In this document: positions 16,117 through 25,399 of the stretch, in pieces
Numbering within the stretch: position 1 is the stretch's first letter
How the letters are laid out: each line of letters starts with the position of its first letter
Origin: Chloroflexota bacterium
GTDB taxonomy: Bacteria > Chloroflexota > Dehalococcoidia > GIF9 > AB-539-J10
DNA: 43,136 nt
Reading direction: 5' to 3'
Assembly (NCBI GenBank): GCA_030611015.1
Contig: JAUWQP010000002.1
Location: 1 to 43,136 of the forward strand
Position numbers and translations under genes: made by a program
The notes under the pieces: generated by a model
Told to the model about the DNA's origin: nothing
The model's input: the letters and a program-made list of their open reading frames with translations, nothing else
Database searches by the model: none

Positions 16117-16172
16117 ACGGGGGTTAGCAGCCTTTGATGAGAAGGCGGAACGGCTAACCCCCGTGCCTTTTT
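16117..16172 (+). terminator. intrinsic terminator-like hairpin (12-bp stem ACGGGGGTTAGC/GCTAACCCCCGT, 24-nt loop, then GCCTTTTT)
   Basis: Arms at 16117-16128 and 16153-16164. The T5 run is at 16168-16172. It lies between the candidate promoter and the next gene. Confidence 0.55.
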
Positions 16173-16191
16173 AGAGAGGGCTGCCAGCCCA

Positions 16192-16515
16192 GTGAAGGAG
16201 GACAAAGTGGAGCTTAAAGATCCTAAGGAAATTGTGGACTCAGTTGTAGATGGGGCCATAGGGGCATTACAGTTCTTCCCAAGAGCTGCCGAAAAGGTGG
16301 CTAAAGTAGCTGATGCTTATGCCGTCAGTGCTAATAAGAACATCAGTGACCTTAAGGCAAAAATGCCAGATGAGCCTACAGTTCTTCCTCGCCTAGCATT
16401 GAGTGTTGTCGGCGAGACTATTGGTGCTGGCATTGGCATGTTTGAGGCTTTAATCAGCGCTGGTGCTGAAACAGCTTCAGATATTAAATCTCAGATTAAA
16501 CGAGCAACAGGATAA
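16192..16515 (+). CDS. hypothetical amphipathic/Ala-Gly-rich small protein
   Basis: GTG start. A second GTG at 16207 follows AAGGAGG and may be the real start. Confidence 0.5.
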   Translation: MKEDKVELKDPKEIVDSVVDGAIGALQFFPRAAEKVAKVADAYAVSANKNISDLKAKMPDEPTVLPRLALSVVGETIGAGIGMFEALISAGAETASDIKSQIKRATG

Positions 16516-16525
16516 GGAGGGAGTT

Positions 16526-16858
16526 TTGAAGAACATCAGAGATTTTTTGACCCAAGCAACATTACTCCCGGCGGCAATAGAAGCCAAGCTACCCGCTGGG
16601 GCACCAACCATCTCCACGATGCTGTTAGATGCTACGGGAAGAATTCCCACAGTCCCCGACTTTCCAATTGAGATTCCTGACCTGCCGGCAATACCAGAGC
16701 TTCCCCAACTACCTGAGTTCCCTGGCGCACCTGCCGGCCTAGGGAGATATGTGAGCGGGGTTACGGTGACCCCGGTTGGTAATACAGTCAAAAGGGAAGT
16801 CATTCCCTCACCAGCCGTTGGAGTGGTTCCTGAAGTAAAAACAAGGAGGGGAATGTAA
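16526..16858 (+). CDS. hypothetical Pro-rich protein (about 110 aa)
   Basis: ORF 16463..16858 trimmed to the TTG at 16526, 4-5 nt after TAAGGAGGG. Contains a PDFPIEIPDLPAIPELPQLPEFP stretch. Confidence 0.45.
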   Translation: MKNIRDFLTQATLLPAAIEAKLPAGAPTISTMLLDATGRIPTVPDFPIEIPDLPAIPELPQLPEFPGAPAGLGRYVSGVTVTPVGNTVKREVIPSPAVGVVPEVKTRRGM

Positions 16859-17637
16859 TGCAGACATCAGTAGTAGAAGCACTAAAGGCTCAAAACCTTT
16901 ACAAGGAAACCGGGCGCATTATGGAGCAGATGGCAGTGACCATCACCGCCAGCGGAGAGCAAAAAGAACATAAGCTGGCAGAGATGGACTATCTCGACAT
17001 CAAGACCTTCGCCGACGAGATGGATATCGCCCTGAAGCTCCAGAATGAGTATGTCCAGAGCCTCTACGCCAAGAACGCAACCAAGCTGGTAGATCTTATC
17101 AGGGCAGTCAATGTTGAGAGTGCCTCTGGCTTCAAGGGCGCGGTTGGCTCCGGCAGGCAGCTTGACGCTATCATGCTCAGGGCTGAGCAGTTCCAGGACC
17201 CGGATATATTCCCGATTGTCCCTACCTATAGAACAAGCTGGATAAGAACCATCACCGCGCCTATGGCAGCCGCCGGCCCAACCGTTTTCATTGAAAGTGA
17301 TGTGGCTGGTGCGGCAGCCGGCACAGAGCTCGCAATGGCCGATGAGGAGGGCTTAGCTATTCTCGGTTTTGCCAACCCGGGGGCAACACTATATGTAGAT
17401 GCCATCCAGCTTACCTACATCGCGCAGGCGTACAATATCCAGAACCTTGACTTTGAAATGGCCAACCCATTCGTCGGCGATTCCATCGTTGAGCTGAAGC
17501 AGCCGTTGCTCATCTTCCCTAAGGAGACGGGGCTGGTTAGGGTCAAATATTACCGGGCAGGTGTTGCTGACGAGCTGAGGCCGATAGGACTCTGGGTAAA
17601 GATGAGCTCGAACCTGAGGAACTTACTCACAAGCTAA
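16858..17637 (+). CDS. candidate major structural (capsid) protein, 259 aa
   Basis: TAATG-coupled start and a stable hairpin directly downstream. Its position is central in the structural-like block. No sequence motif was recognised, so the role is inferred from context only. Confidence 0.45.
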   Translation: MQTSVVEALKAQNLYKETGRIMEQMAVTITASGEQKEHKLAEMDYLDIKTFADEMDIALKLQNEYVQSLYAKNATKLVDLIRAVNVESASGFKGAVGSGRQLDAIMLRAEQFQDPDIFPIVPTYRTSWIRTITAPMAAAGPTVFIESDVAGAAAGTELAMADEEGLAILGFANPGATLYVDAIQLTYIAQAYNIQNLDFEMANPFVGDSIVELKQPLLIFPKETGLVRVKYYRAGVADELRPIGLWVKMSSNLRNLLTS

Positions 17638-17659
17638 TAGCTTAAGAGTATCCCTATAC

Positions 17660-17686
17660 CGGCACTGAAAATCTTAATCAGTGCCG
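17660..17686 (+). terminator. 9-bp perfect hairpin CGGCACTGA-N9-TCAGTGCCG after the capsid-candidate gene (no U-tract)
   Basis: Read directly. Could be an attenuating terminator or an mRNA-stabilising stem. Confidence 0.35.
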
Positions 17687-17738
17687 TGCCAGTGGGTGCT
17701 TTAGCATCTGCTGAGACCTAACATAGGAGGTGTTAGAG

Positions 17739-18650
17739 ATGGGAGCAGGATTTAGATGGGTTAAATTTATCTACGCGTGGTGCAAGGCTTTTAGCACACA
17801 AATTCTGGGGGCCATCAAGGCTAGCGTAATGGGAGGGGGTACCACCTACTTCGTTGAAGGTAATACCGGCCTCGACACCAACAACGGTCTCACCCGGGAG
17901 GCGCCGTTACTGACGATAGCCCACGCCCTGGATCTGTGCGTAGCCGGTAACGACGACACTATCATCGTTCTGGACCACTACCAGGAGACCTTCCCAATCA
18001 CTGTAAGCAAGGCGAAGGTACATATCATCGGGGTCAATGTAGGTCAGCCAATGGTATGGTTAACCGCTGCCCTCGATACCGCCATCTTCGAAATTGAAGC
18101 GGATAACGTCGAGATTGCGGGCTTTGAGTTCGGTGCTGGAGCAACCCATGCCGCAATCGAGTTTACCGATCTTGTCACCGAAAGGGGTTACGGCCGTATT
18201 CATGACTGTGCATTCGGATGGATGCAGGCGGGGCAGGATGGAATTAGGGTGCCAGCGACCGCCGACGCTGCGGAGACCATCATCGAGAAGTGCTTCTTTG
18301 GTAATAACCTGACTCGTGATGGCATCCGCATCGAGCATAACATGACCCGTGGGATAATTCAGAATAACATCTTCCGTTCAGTGACGGGTGTAGGCATCAA
18401 TGTTCTGGGGCAGATGGCTTTGGGGATTCTCAAAGGCAACAAGTTCAAGCTTCCTGCGAACAACGCCGGAGGAGCTATCACACTGAGTGCAGCAGCCGAC
18501 GTCGCTGGTGAAATATATATTGTGGACAACGATGCTAACTTTGGGAATACCACTATGGTTGCGATACCATGGGTGGTAACTGGTGGGTCTACCATCGGTT
18601 GCACATGGGATAACAATAGGCGAGATGGTGCGGTAGTTTCGCCAGCGTAA
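17739..18650 (+). CDS. right-handed parallel beta-helix protein (pectate-lyase-fold; spike/depolymerase-like)
   Basis: ATG behind AGGAGG. The N-terminal cap motif is YFVEGNTGLDTNNGLTREAPLLTIAHAL. Repeated NN.F/GN.F-type PbH1-like turns are present (NNIFRSVTGVGINV, GNKFKL, DNDANFGN). Confidence 0.65.
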   Translation: MGAGFRWVKFIYAWCKAFSTQILGAIKASVMGGGTTYFVEGNTGLDTNNGLTREAPLLTIAHALDLCVAGNDDTIIVLDHYQETFPITVSKAKVHIIGVNVGQPMVWLTAALDTAIFEIEADNVEIAGFEFGAGATHAAIEFTDLVTERGYGRIHDCAFGWMQAGQDGIRVPATADAAETIIEKCFFGNNLTRDGIRIEHNMTRGIIQNNIFRSVTGVGINVLGQMALGILKGNKFKLPANNAGGAITLSAAADVAGEIYIVDNDANFGNTTMVAIPWVVTGGSTIGCTWDNNRRDGAVVSPA

Positions 18651-18676
18651 CCTTAGTAGCAAACTGAATAGTAAAC

Positions 18677-18699
18677 GGGGGAGGGCTCATCCCTCCCCC
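18677..18699. terminator. GC-rich 9-bp hairpin GGGGGAGGG-ctcat-CCCTCCCCC
   Basis: Read directly. It lies after the beta-helix gene. There is no clear U-tract on the plus strand, and the flank on the minus strand is moderately T-rich. Confidence 0.35.
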
Positions 18700-18747
18700 A
18701 AAGAAATAAACTTACTCTCCGGAGAGGAGAGAGAAGGAGTGTGAGTT

Positions 18748-19371
18748 ATGCTGGAACTCAAACCTATGCCCGAGGCGACTGTTACGCCCGGGGTCCCAAA
18801 ACTTCTCCAGGAGGGGTTCTATGTGAGGTTCACCGACCAGTGGCCTCTCACATTACCCCACGTCAAGGGTAAGACCTTTCAGATTGAAAGGACCAACCAA
18901 GTCCCCTACGACATAACCCGCATAATTCCAGGTGGGCATTATGTAGATATTGACCTTTCCAATTCTGCAGGTGGGGAGAACATCTACCCTGAGAACACCA
19001 AGACCCTCTATGAGACGCTCATCGGATTTAAACCTGGTAATTATTTAGTCCACTTCTATATTCCCGCTGGTGAGTATGTCCACCGGCTTGAGCAGGCAGG
19101 GATGGTACCCAATGTTGCCTCAGCTACTAGACGCTATCTTGGTGCCCGCAAGCCCGAAGACAGCCCCTACGATGACAAGAGGATATTCACGTACTCAGTG
19201 AAGGATCTTGAACCACTTAGCCTGCGGCTTCTGGTCGATAATGGGGTAGCCTGGGAGAAGATGGTTTTGGGGCTAATTGTAAATAAGTGTTACCTGAAGG
19301 AGATAACACCAACGCCTGAGCAACTTGCCAGAGCCAAAAAAATTGATTACTACACTGAATTGAGATGGTGA
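18748..19371 (+). CDS. hypothetical beta-rich structural-like protein (207 aa)
   Basis: GAAGGAG SD. Composition suggests a beta-sandwich. No motif recognised. Confidence 0.55.
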   Translation: MLELKPMPEATVTPGVPKLLQEGFYVRFTDQWPLTLPHVKGKTFQIERTNQVPYDITRIIPGGHYVDIDLSNSAGGENIYPENTKTLYETLIGFKPGNYLVHFYIPAGEYVHRLEQAGMVPNVASATRRYLGARKPEDSPYDDKRIFTYSVKDLEPLSLRLLVDNGVAWEKMVLGLIVNKCYLKEITPTPEQLARAKKIDYYTELRW

Positions 19372-19398
19372 GCTTAACACAGTTATAGGGAGGTAAAC

Positions 19399-19773
19399 AT
19401 GCCTAGTATAGTGGTAGATATGGGTACGTTGACAACCGAACCTTTAGTAACCGAGAAGCGTAATGCTAAGGTTAAACCCAGCCTGATCATGGTGGATAAC
19501 GTCGATGCCCTTGCCGACTCTGAGCTGACTTTCCAGGACATCTTCAACACAGACGCCAGCATAGTAGCCGCGACCGGTGCAGCGGTAGCTGCAGTAGCAG
19601 GACAAGTAGTTAACCGCCTGAGAATAAATGTCTCAATGGCTGCCTGCGTCTCCATAAGAGATGAGCTGGAAGACATTAAGTTTTTAGGTGGAGCTCAGGT
19701 CCTAAGAGAGGAGGCCGGGGCACCGGCCCTGGATGGCGGTTGCCATGTGACACTCGGCTATGATTTAGAATAG
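19399..19773 (+). CDS. hypothetical protein (124 aa)
   Basis: ATG behind GGGAGG. Confidence 0.55.
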   Translation: MPSIVVDMGTLTTEPLVTEKRNAKVKPSLIMVDNVDALADSELTFQDIFNTDASIVAATGAAVAAVAGQVVNRLRINVSMAACVSIRDELEDIKFLGGAQVLREEAGAPALDGGCHVTLGYDLE

Positions 19774-19791
19774 CTCTAAAGGGGGGAATTG

Positions 19792-20268
19792 ATGGTATAT
19801 CCAGTGAAAAAATCCCTCTTCGAGGGGTTAACCACTATTGATGAGCGTGTGGACTTTGTTCACAACCAAGTCCTCTCTGTTCAGCTTGCGCTGAATCAAC
19901 TATTAGAAAAGGAAGGTGTTCCAACTATGGCCGTAGTCACTAGAGAGGTTAATTTAAGAGCAAGCGTCCAGCCACTAACCGGTACCAAGGTGACCAAACC
20001 CTCACCTCTCACCGGGAAGATAGTCCAACTTATCCCACATTGGCCTGATGGCGCAGATGCCCTTGTAGATGTGGCTGTGGGGCACAAGGATACCTGGATC
20101 CTCCCCAACGAGGTTGACACTTTTATCGCCTTGAATGATGCTACCCCGGTTCTCACTGTTAATGAGTCCATCGAGAAAGGCGAAGAAGTCTGGATGATAT
20201 TGAGGAACACCGATGGGGCAAACCCCCATGCAATAAGCTGCACTGTAACAATCATAGGAGTACCCTAA
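19792..20268 (+). CDS. hypothetical beta-rich protein (158 aa)
   Basis: ATG at 19792, 5 nt after AAAGGGGGG. Confidence 0.55.
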   Translation: MVYPVKKSLFEGLTTIDERVDFVHNQVLSVQLALNQLLEKEGVPTMAVVTREVNLRASVQPLTGTKVTKPSPLTGKIVQLIPHWPDGADALVDVAVGHKDTWILPNEVDTFIALNDATPVLTVNESIEKGEEVWMILRNTDGANPHAISCTVTIIGVP

Positions 20269-21143
20269 TGCCAAAGATATTTACCGTTGAGCAAAGAGGC
20301 GTAGGCAAGCCTGATTACTCCAAGGAGATTTCCTTAGGGCAAATTAGACCGGGGCTTACCTTAAAATACAATCAAGGACTAAAGATTTGTGGACGGGCTT
20401 TTTCTGCCGTCAACACTGGCACGCATACCGCTGCTCCCCACGCAACCATTATGACCGATGCTGCCGCCTACTTCACTCCCAATACGCTGATAGGATTAAC
20501 CATAGTAAATGTTACCGATGGCTGCTCCGGCGTCATCTTTGCCAATACCGAGACCACGGTTACTGTAGCTGCTTTGACTGGTGGCATCACCAATCAGTGG
20601 AATACCGGTGATGCTTACAATATACCATCGCCATTTAGTCATGTTACATTGCCCCTTGCAGCAGGTGCGACAGCTCATTTTATTGATTCCGAGACTGGCC
20701 TGGAGCTGCCCTTTACTGTCCCTGCAGGCTATACCCTATCTAGTATAAGCGCTGGTTTCTCTTTTACCCAAGATGCAATAATGTGGGGCTATTACGAAGG
20801 CTTCCTGCGTAATACTATTGGGGCACCCATTGGCGGCAATATGTTTTATGAATCAGAAGTTGTTACATGGGGGACGTCCCTTCTTGACCCAACTGCGGAA
20901 AGTGCTCACCCGGTCGATTTCCAGATAATCAATAAGGGGGGTGCTGATTTGGAGGGTGGTGTTGTTATTTTTGGCATACTTGAAGCGGTGGGGACTCCAC
21001 CATTTCCAACCACTAAGACAGTAAGGTGTAAATTCTGTGACCATAGGGAGACGGTTCCGCGGGAAACAACAAAATGGATATGCCCCAAGTGTGGTAAACT
21101 GAATTTCTACTATAACCTGGCTAATTTCAGAGGGACAGTGTGA
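20268..21143 (+). CDS. hypothetical structural-like protein with a C-terminal zinc ribbon (CKFC...CPKC)
   Basis: TAATG-coupled start. The CxxC-x18-CxxC motif lies within the C-terminal ~45 residues. Confidence 0.6.
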   Translation: MPKIFTVEQRGVGKPDYSKEISLGQIRPGLTLKYNQGLKICGRAFSAVNTGTHTAAPHATIMTDAAAYFTPNTLIGLTIVNVTDGCSGVIFANTETTVTVAALTGGITNQWNTGDAYNIPSPFSHVTLPLAAGATAHFIDSETGLELPFTVPAGYTLSSISAGFSFTQDAIMWGYYEGFLRNTIGAPIGGNMFYESEVVTWGTSLLDPTAESAHPVDFQIINKGGADLEGGVVIFGILEAVGTPPFPTTKTVRCKFCDHRETVPRETTKWICPKCGKLNFYYNLANFRGTV

Positions 21144-21201
21144 AAAAAACAATCTTATCGGTTATATTGCCAGAGTCAAGGCGTTTTTAGGAGATAGTTA
21201 A

Positions 21202-21564
21202 ATGCTTGAAGCTGTATTGAGAAAAATATTACAGACCTTCTTTGGTAGTGGCGCCGATATAAGCGAGACCAATCCACTTCCGGTCACCACTGAATATGCC
21301 TTCCCCGGCACGCCATACAGTAACACTGATACAGCCGTTAATGATGACGCCAGGCGTTTTGAGGCTGCTGAACTGAAACTTAGGGATGTTGTGATAAAGG
21401 TTACTGATAATAATCAGTTATTAGGGGATGTCACTGCCCAGAACTTTGAACTGGCTGCCGGCGGGTCTATTGGTATTAGCTTCCTAGATTTGTCTCTATT
21501 CTACTTCCGTAATGCTACCCCCGGGTCAGATGGCACTGTCAGCGTATTTGGGACGAGGTGCTAA
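21202..21564 (+). CDS. hypothetical protein (120 aa)
   Basis: ATG behind AGGAGA. Confidence 0.55.
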   Translation: MLEAVLRKILQTFFGSGADISETNPLPVTTEYAFPGTPYSNTDTAVNDDARRFEAAELKLRDVVIKVTDNNQLLGDVTAQNFELAAGGSIGISFLDLSLFYFRNATPGSDGTVSVFGTRC

Positions 21565-21950
21565 CCGTGAGAGTGATTAGAGAAAACCTGGTAGGCTTAT
21601 TCAAGTTCCTATTCATTCTCCTAGGTATTCTGTTCCCATTCAGGCTAAAAAGGGAGAGACCATCACAGACACGATACAGAAAAGAAACTAGCAGGGAAGA
21701 GCCTGTTAATCATAAATATGCTAGCTTCATTGGCCCCAGTGAGCCTCTCATCCCGACTGAACCCTGCTTCTGCCCTAAATGCCATGTGCTTGTGGCTTCT
21801 TTGAGGCGCACCAAAGAGGGTATCAAGATAATTCAGAATAATAGGGTGCTTGTTACTGTAGGGGGCAACTTTACGACTAGCGAGGGAGGAAAGGTTAGGA
21901 CGGGCTTCCCAATGAAATGCCCTAACGGGCACACGGTGGAGGTGCAATAG
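21558..21950 (+). CDS. membrane-anchored zinc-ribbon protein
   Basis: N-terminal hydrophobic helix (LVGLFKFLFILLGILFPF), then CFCPKCH...CPNGH. The GTG start is uncertain. Confidence 0.45.
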   Translation: MLTVRVIRENLVGLFKFLFILLGILFPFRLKRERPSQTRYRKETSREEPVNHKYASFIGPSEPLIPTEPCFCPKCHVLVASLRRTKEGIKIIQNNRVLVTVGGNFTTSEGGKVRTGFPMKCPNGHTVEVQ

Positions 21951-23776
21951 TGGCTTGGATTAAGGAACTTGGACTATTCCAGACGGCTACTGCCATTGTA
22001 TTGTCTAATGATACCCCGGCAATAGTGAGGGCTCTAGCTAGGGTAGCTAAGGTGGCTCTTGGTGCCCTGATACAAGTGTGTGATGAAGTCGCTGACCAAG
22101 TTGAAATAAATGCCGCCATTAATGCCTTGCCTGTCTATGCAGGTAAAAGACATGGCAGGATTGTTTTCGTAGGTGGAATGTTCCGCACTTCTGATACTAT
22201 CAACGTTGATGGTGACATTACCCTTGAAGGGCAGATGATGCCTATACCTACTTATGACTCGGGAACTACCATACGGAATGAGAACATAGCCGGGGCAGAT
22301 GCCTTTCACCTCTTGGCTCCTGGTGGCTTTCCTGACCACGTGATAAAAGTTGTCCTCAGGAATATGTGTATTAGAGGCAATGCTGCCTCTGGGCACGGAG
22401 TATATGCTGATAAGGTTCACTTCACCCTCTATAACATAGTGCTTTTGTCTCATGGTGGAGATGGAATATATGTAGAGGCTTGCTGGGGTGGGAGTATTAT
22501 AGAGAGTGACATCAGAAATAACGAGGGTGCTGGAGTTTCTTATAATAGGGATGCTGTTACTGGGCATACCTGTACCTGGCAGCTCATAGACCACTGTAAT
22601 ATCGGCCATAACCACACAAATGCTGACATCTACATGCCTGACTACACAGCGGAGCTGATAGTCCGAGCCTGTTACTTTGAGCATGGTGATGACATTGGTG
22701 CGATACACCACATAGAGATAGGTGGAGGCTCGAATGTTACAATATGTGATGGCTGCCGGCTCGCTGCCAATTACAATATTGCCGCTACTCCTATCCATAT
22801 TAGTAACGGTGGCCGTGTCAGGATTACGGATAACTTTATAGGTGGCGATGCAGCCAGGTGCATAGAAATAGCCATTGGAGTATCTACTGACATTATCGGG
22901 AACGACTTTATTGCGGGCTGGACAGAGTGGTGTATCCACTGTTCTGTCACTGGCGGCTCGGTGCTGATTGATGATAACTACTTCCCTCTTGACCAGGACA
23001 CATACCCTGATTGCATCATAGCAAGGCTTGTGGCTGATAACGCAATCTTCACTAATAATAGGGCAATAGCCACAGGTACAGGCAACAACAGGACTGCGGT
23101 GCACCTCATCAATGTTGACAACTGCGTTGTAAGTGATAATATCCTCCTTGGTCCATTCGATAATACCTGGATACGACTGGATCCTGGGAATTACTGCACA
23201 TTAGAAGGTAACACTATTGAGGGTGCCAGTGGACTAGGCATCTACTTGGCCTCAACAAGTTCTTACAACACAGTAGTAGGCGATATCTGCCGTGGCAACA
23301 ACATCGGGATTGAGCTGGGTGCAGACTCACATCATAACACAGCAAAGAGCAATAGCTGTCCGAACAATGCTACAGTAGGGATTAGTAACAATGGTACGGA
23401 TAACATAACTGATGTAGCTGCCCACTCAATTGCCCTTGACCTCTCTGGAGGAGCAACGGACATAGAGGTCTACCATGCCAAGGTAGCATGCTCCTTCTTT
23501 GGCTACGAGATACTCTATACTGAGGCATCTTCTGTCAATGCTGGTGTCAATGTGAGGATAGGCAGGTATCAGGATGGGGTAGCCTTAGATGATGATTATT
23601 TTGATGTTTCTGTTTCTGAGGTCAGTAAGAACAAGGGCTACTCAAAGCAGTTCGATCGTGCTGATTTGACCCAATCAGTGATTGCTGCTGGAGACACAAT
23701 AACAGCTGGTATTGCTGGTGGGAAGGTAGGTACTGGTGAGGTATTACTCATCCTACAGATAGCGGAGACGGGGTGA
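21950..23776 (+). CDS. large right-handed beta-helix repeat protein (608 aa; receptor-binding/depolymerase-like)
   Basis: GTG overlaps the upstream TAG, with GGAGGTG 6 nt upstream. Many PbH1-like repeats are present (IRGNAASGHGVYAD, NNEGAGVSY, GNTIEGASGLGIYL, GNNIGIEL, NNATVGISNNG). Confidence 0.75.
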   Translation: MAWIKELGLFQTATAIVLSNDTPAIVRALARVAKVALGALIQVCDEVADQVEINAAINALPVYAGKRHGRIVFVGGMFRTSDTINVDGDITLEGQMMPIPTYDSGTTIRNENIAGADAFHLLAPGGFPDHVIKVVLRNMCIRGNAASGHGVYADKVHFTLYNIVLLSHGGDGIYVEACWGGSIIESDIRNNEGAGVSYNRDAVTGHTCTWQLIDHCNIGHNHTNADIYMPDYTAELIVRACYFEHGDDIGAIHHIEIGGGSNVTICDGCRLAANYNIAATPIHISNGGRVRITDNFIGGDAARCIEIAIGVSTDIIGNDFIAGWTEWCIHCSVTGGSVLIDDNYFPLDQDTYPDCIIARLVADNAIFTNNRAIATGTGNNRTAVHLINVDNCVVSDNILLGPFDNTWIRLDPGNYCTLEGNTIEGASGLGIYLASTSSYNTVVGDICRGNNIGIELGADSHHNTAKSNSCPNNATVGISNNGTDNITDVAAHSIALDLSGGATDIEVYHAKVACSFFGYEILYTEASSVNAGVNVRIGRYQDGVALDDDYFDVSVSEVSKNKGYSKQFDRADLTQSVIAAGDTITAGIAGGKVGTGEVLLILQIAETG

Positions 23777-24147
23777 TGGGTAGGATAGTATATGTAGACA
23801 ATGCAGGAAATCTAGTCCCGCCCTCAGGTCTTGGGTTCACTTTCACAGAGCTAGACGGTACTGATACCCATTCAGTGGGGGTTGCCGCCACTTTTGAAGA
23901 TTGGGATTTGGCAGCTATTATTGGTGCAGGAGCTAAATATGTTAAGATTGCCATTTACAACGCAACGGGTGGCTTTCTTACCTTTGGCCACCGGAAGGAT
24001 GGCAGTGGGCTAGTTAGGACAGATGTAATACAGGCTGCTTCCAACCGAGATGGTGTATGTGAATGTGACGCAAGTAGGGTTATTGAGTGCTATGACAGCA
24101 GTGCAACCTTTGACCTAATTTTCAGGATAACGGGTTATTGGAGCTAG
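23773..24147 (+). CDS. hypothetical beta-rich protein (124 aa)
   Basis: ATGA-type overlap with the upstream gene. Confidence 0.55.
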   Translation: MMGRIVYVDNAGNLVPPSGLGFTFTELDGTDTHSVGVAATFEDWDLAAIIGAGAKYVKIAIYNATGGFLTFGHRKDGSGLVRTDVIQAASNRDGVCECDASRVIECYDSSATFDLIFRITGYWS

Positions 24148-24149
24148 GA

Positions 24150-24455
24150 ATGACCAAAGAAGCGATAGACCAGAAGTATCTTGAGCTACACAGCCAGCTG
24201 GGGCTTGAGTTCTTTGATATTGTTGACGAGGATTTACCTACCCAACATAGGGTATTGAAAGCTGGTAAGTCTATTGGTAAGTTCAACTTAGCGCATGGCG
24301 AGTTATGGCGAAACCACGAAGCTGAGTTGATTGCGGGTGGCTTTATGGAAGCACCACCTCCACCTCTAGAACCTGTTCCTCCCTTCGAACCTCCGCCAGG
24401 GGTAAGTGAGAAAGTTGGCTATATTGAGCAGTTCCTCAAAAGGTTATATGGGTGA
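24150..24455 (+). CDS. hypothetical protein with a Pro-rich C-terminal half
   Basis: Trimmed to the ATG at 24150, just after the upstream TAG. Confidence 0.5.
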   Translation: MTKEAIDQKYLELHSQLGLEFFDIVDEDLPTQHRVLKAGKSIGKFNLAHGELWRNHEAELIAGGFMEAPPPPLEPVPPFEPPPGVSEKVGYIEQFLKRLYG

Positions 24456-24466
24456 GGAGATAATCA

Positions 24467-25051
24467 GTGGCAGCTGGTGTAATCTATAAGGACAATGCTG
24501 GTAGACAAGGGAAACCAGTCCTCCTTAAGGGTGAGGGGCTGGTCTATATTGAGCTTCGTCCCGACCTGGACTTTGAGACCATCAGGGGCAATGTTGGCAT
24601 CCCGACGCTAGAAACACAAGGGATATTCCGTGGTTTCAGCTTACCCCTATGGGTTGCTGATAATAACGAGGAGCTGTTTGCCACTATCTGTGTGCCTAGC
24701 AGGTGGGATGGTGCCAGCGATATCTATGTCCATCTCGATTGCTGGCTGGCTTTGGCAGAGGTCAACAAAAACTTCAATCTACAGGTGACATGGGAGCACT
24801 ATAATCCAGGGACGGATGCTATCCCAGCTACATCAGCTAATGTTGAGGTAGAGACAGTAGCTAATGCAGCTCAGTTCCAGAGCTATACGGTCGAATTTAC
24901 GCTGGCCTACGGTGACTTGTTGGCTGACGACATTATAGGTCTGCGGATACGAAGGATTGCCGCAGTAGGAGCCGAGTGTGTTGGAGAAATAGTAATTAAC
25001 CACTATGGAGTAATATTCAGAAGGGATAAACTGGGGGTGGCAACACCATAA
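24467..25051 (+). CDS. hypothetical beta-sandwich-like protein (194 aa)
   Basis: GTG start behind GAGGAG. Confidence 0.55.
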   Translation: MAAGVIYKDNAGRQGKPVLLKGEGLVYIELRPDLDFETIRGNVGIPTLETQGIFRGFSLPLWVADNNEELFATICVPSRWDGASDIYVHLDCWLALAEVNKNFNLQVTWEHYNPGTDAIPATSANVEVETVANAAQFQSYTVEFTLAYGDLLADDIIGLRIRRIAAVGAECVGEIVINHYGVIFRRDKLGVATP

Positions 25052-25063
25052 GAGAGAGGTTAG

Positions 25064-25399
25064 ATGAAATTGCTTAATTCGCCAATAAAGTTTATGGTAT
25101 ATGCAGTCTCTCACGCAATCCGGCATCCACGGACACCGATAACCTACTGTTATTGTTCTTCCTGTAAGCTGCGCTTTAACGGAATAGAGTGTCCCCAGTG
25201 CCGTTCTAAGGTTGGTCATTCACCTGAGAATACGCAGGAGTCACCTATTCCCTGGTGGGGTTCCATAGGGGTTATTATTCTTGGAATTACTTGCTGGATT
25301 TTAGGTGCTTCAATACCAGTAGCAGGGTTGGACGAAGCTGGCAGGGCTTTGGTCTACATCCCCTTGGGGAACATCTTCGGGATGAGCCTAAGGCGCTAA
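25064..25399 (+). CDS. zinc-ribbon protein with a C-terminal TM helix (holin-like position)
   Basis: CSSC...CPQC followed by WWGSIGVIILGITCWILGA. It is the last gene of the plus block and converges on the amidase-like gene. Confidence 0.5.
   Translation: MKLLNSPIKFMVYAVSHAIRHPRTPITYCYCSSCKLRFNGIECPQCRSKVGHSPENTQESPIPWWGSIGVIILGITCWILGASIPVAGLDEAGRALVYIPLGNIFGMSLRR

Noticed and set aside
16129-16152. GATGAG...GGAAC in the terminator loop as a hammerhead ribozyme core
   Set aside because: There is no CUGAUGA/GAAA arrangement with the required stems II and III. The resemblance is limited to a hexamer.
22034-23104. 356-aa ORF on the minus strand
   Set aside because: It lies entirely antisense to the 608-aa beta-helix gene. 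It has no SD and an odd composition rich in Cys, Tyr and Ile. It is a typical shadow ORF of a repeat-rich gene.
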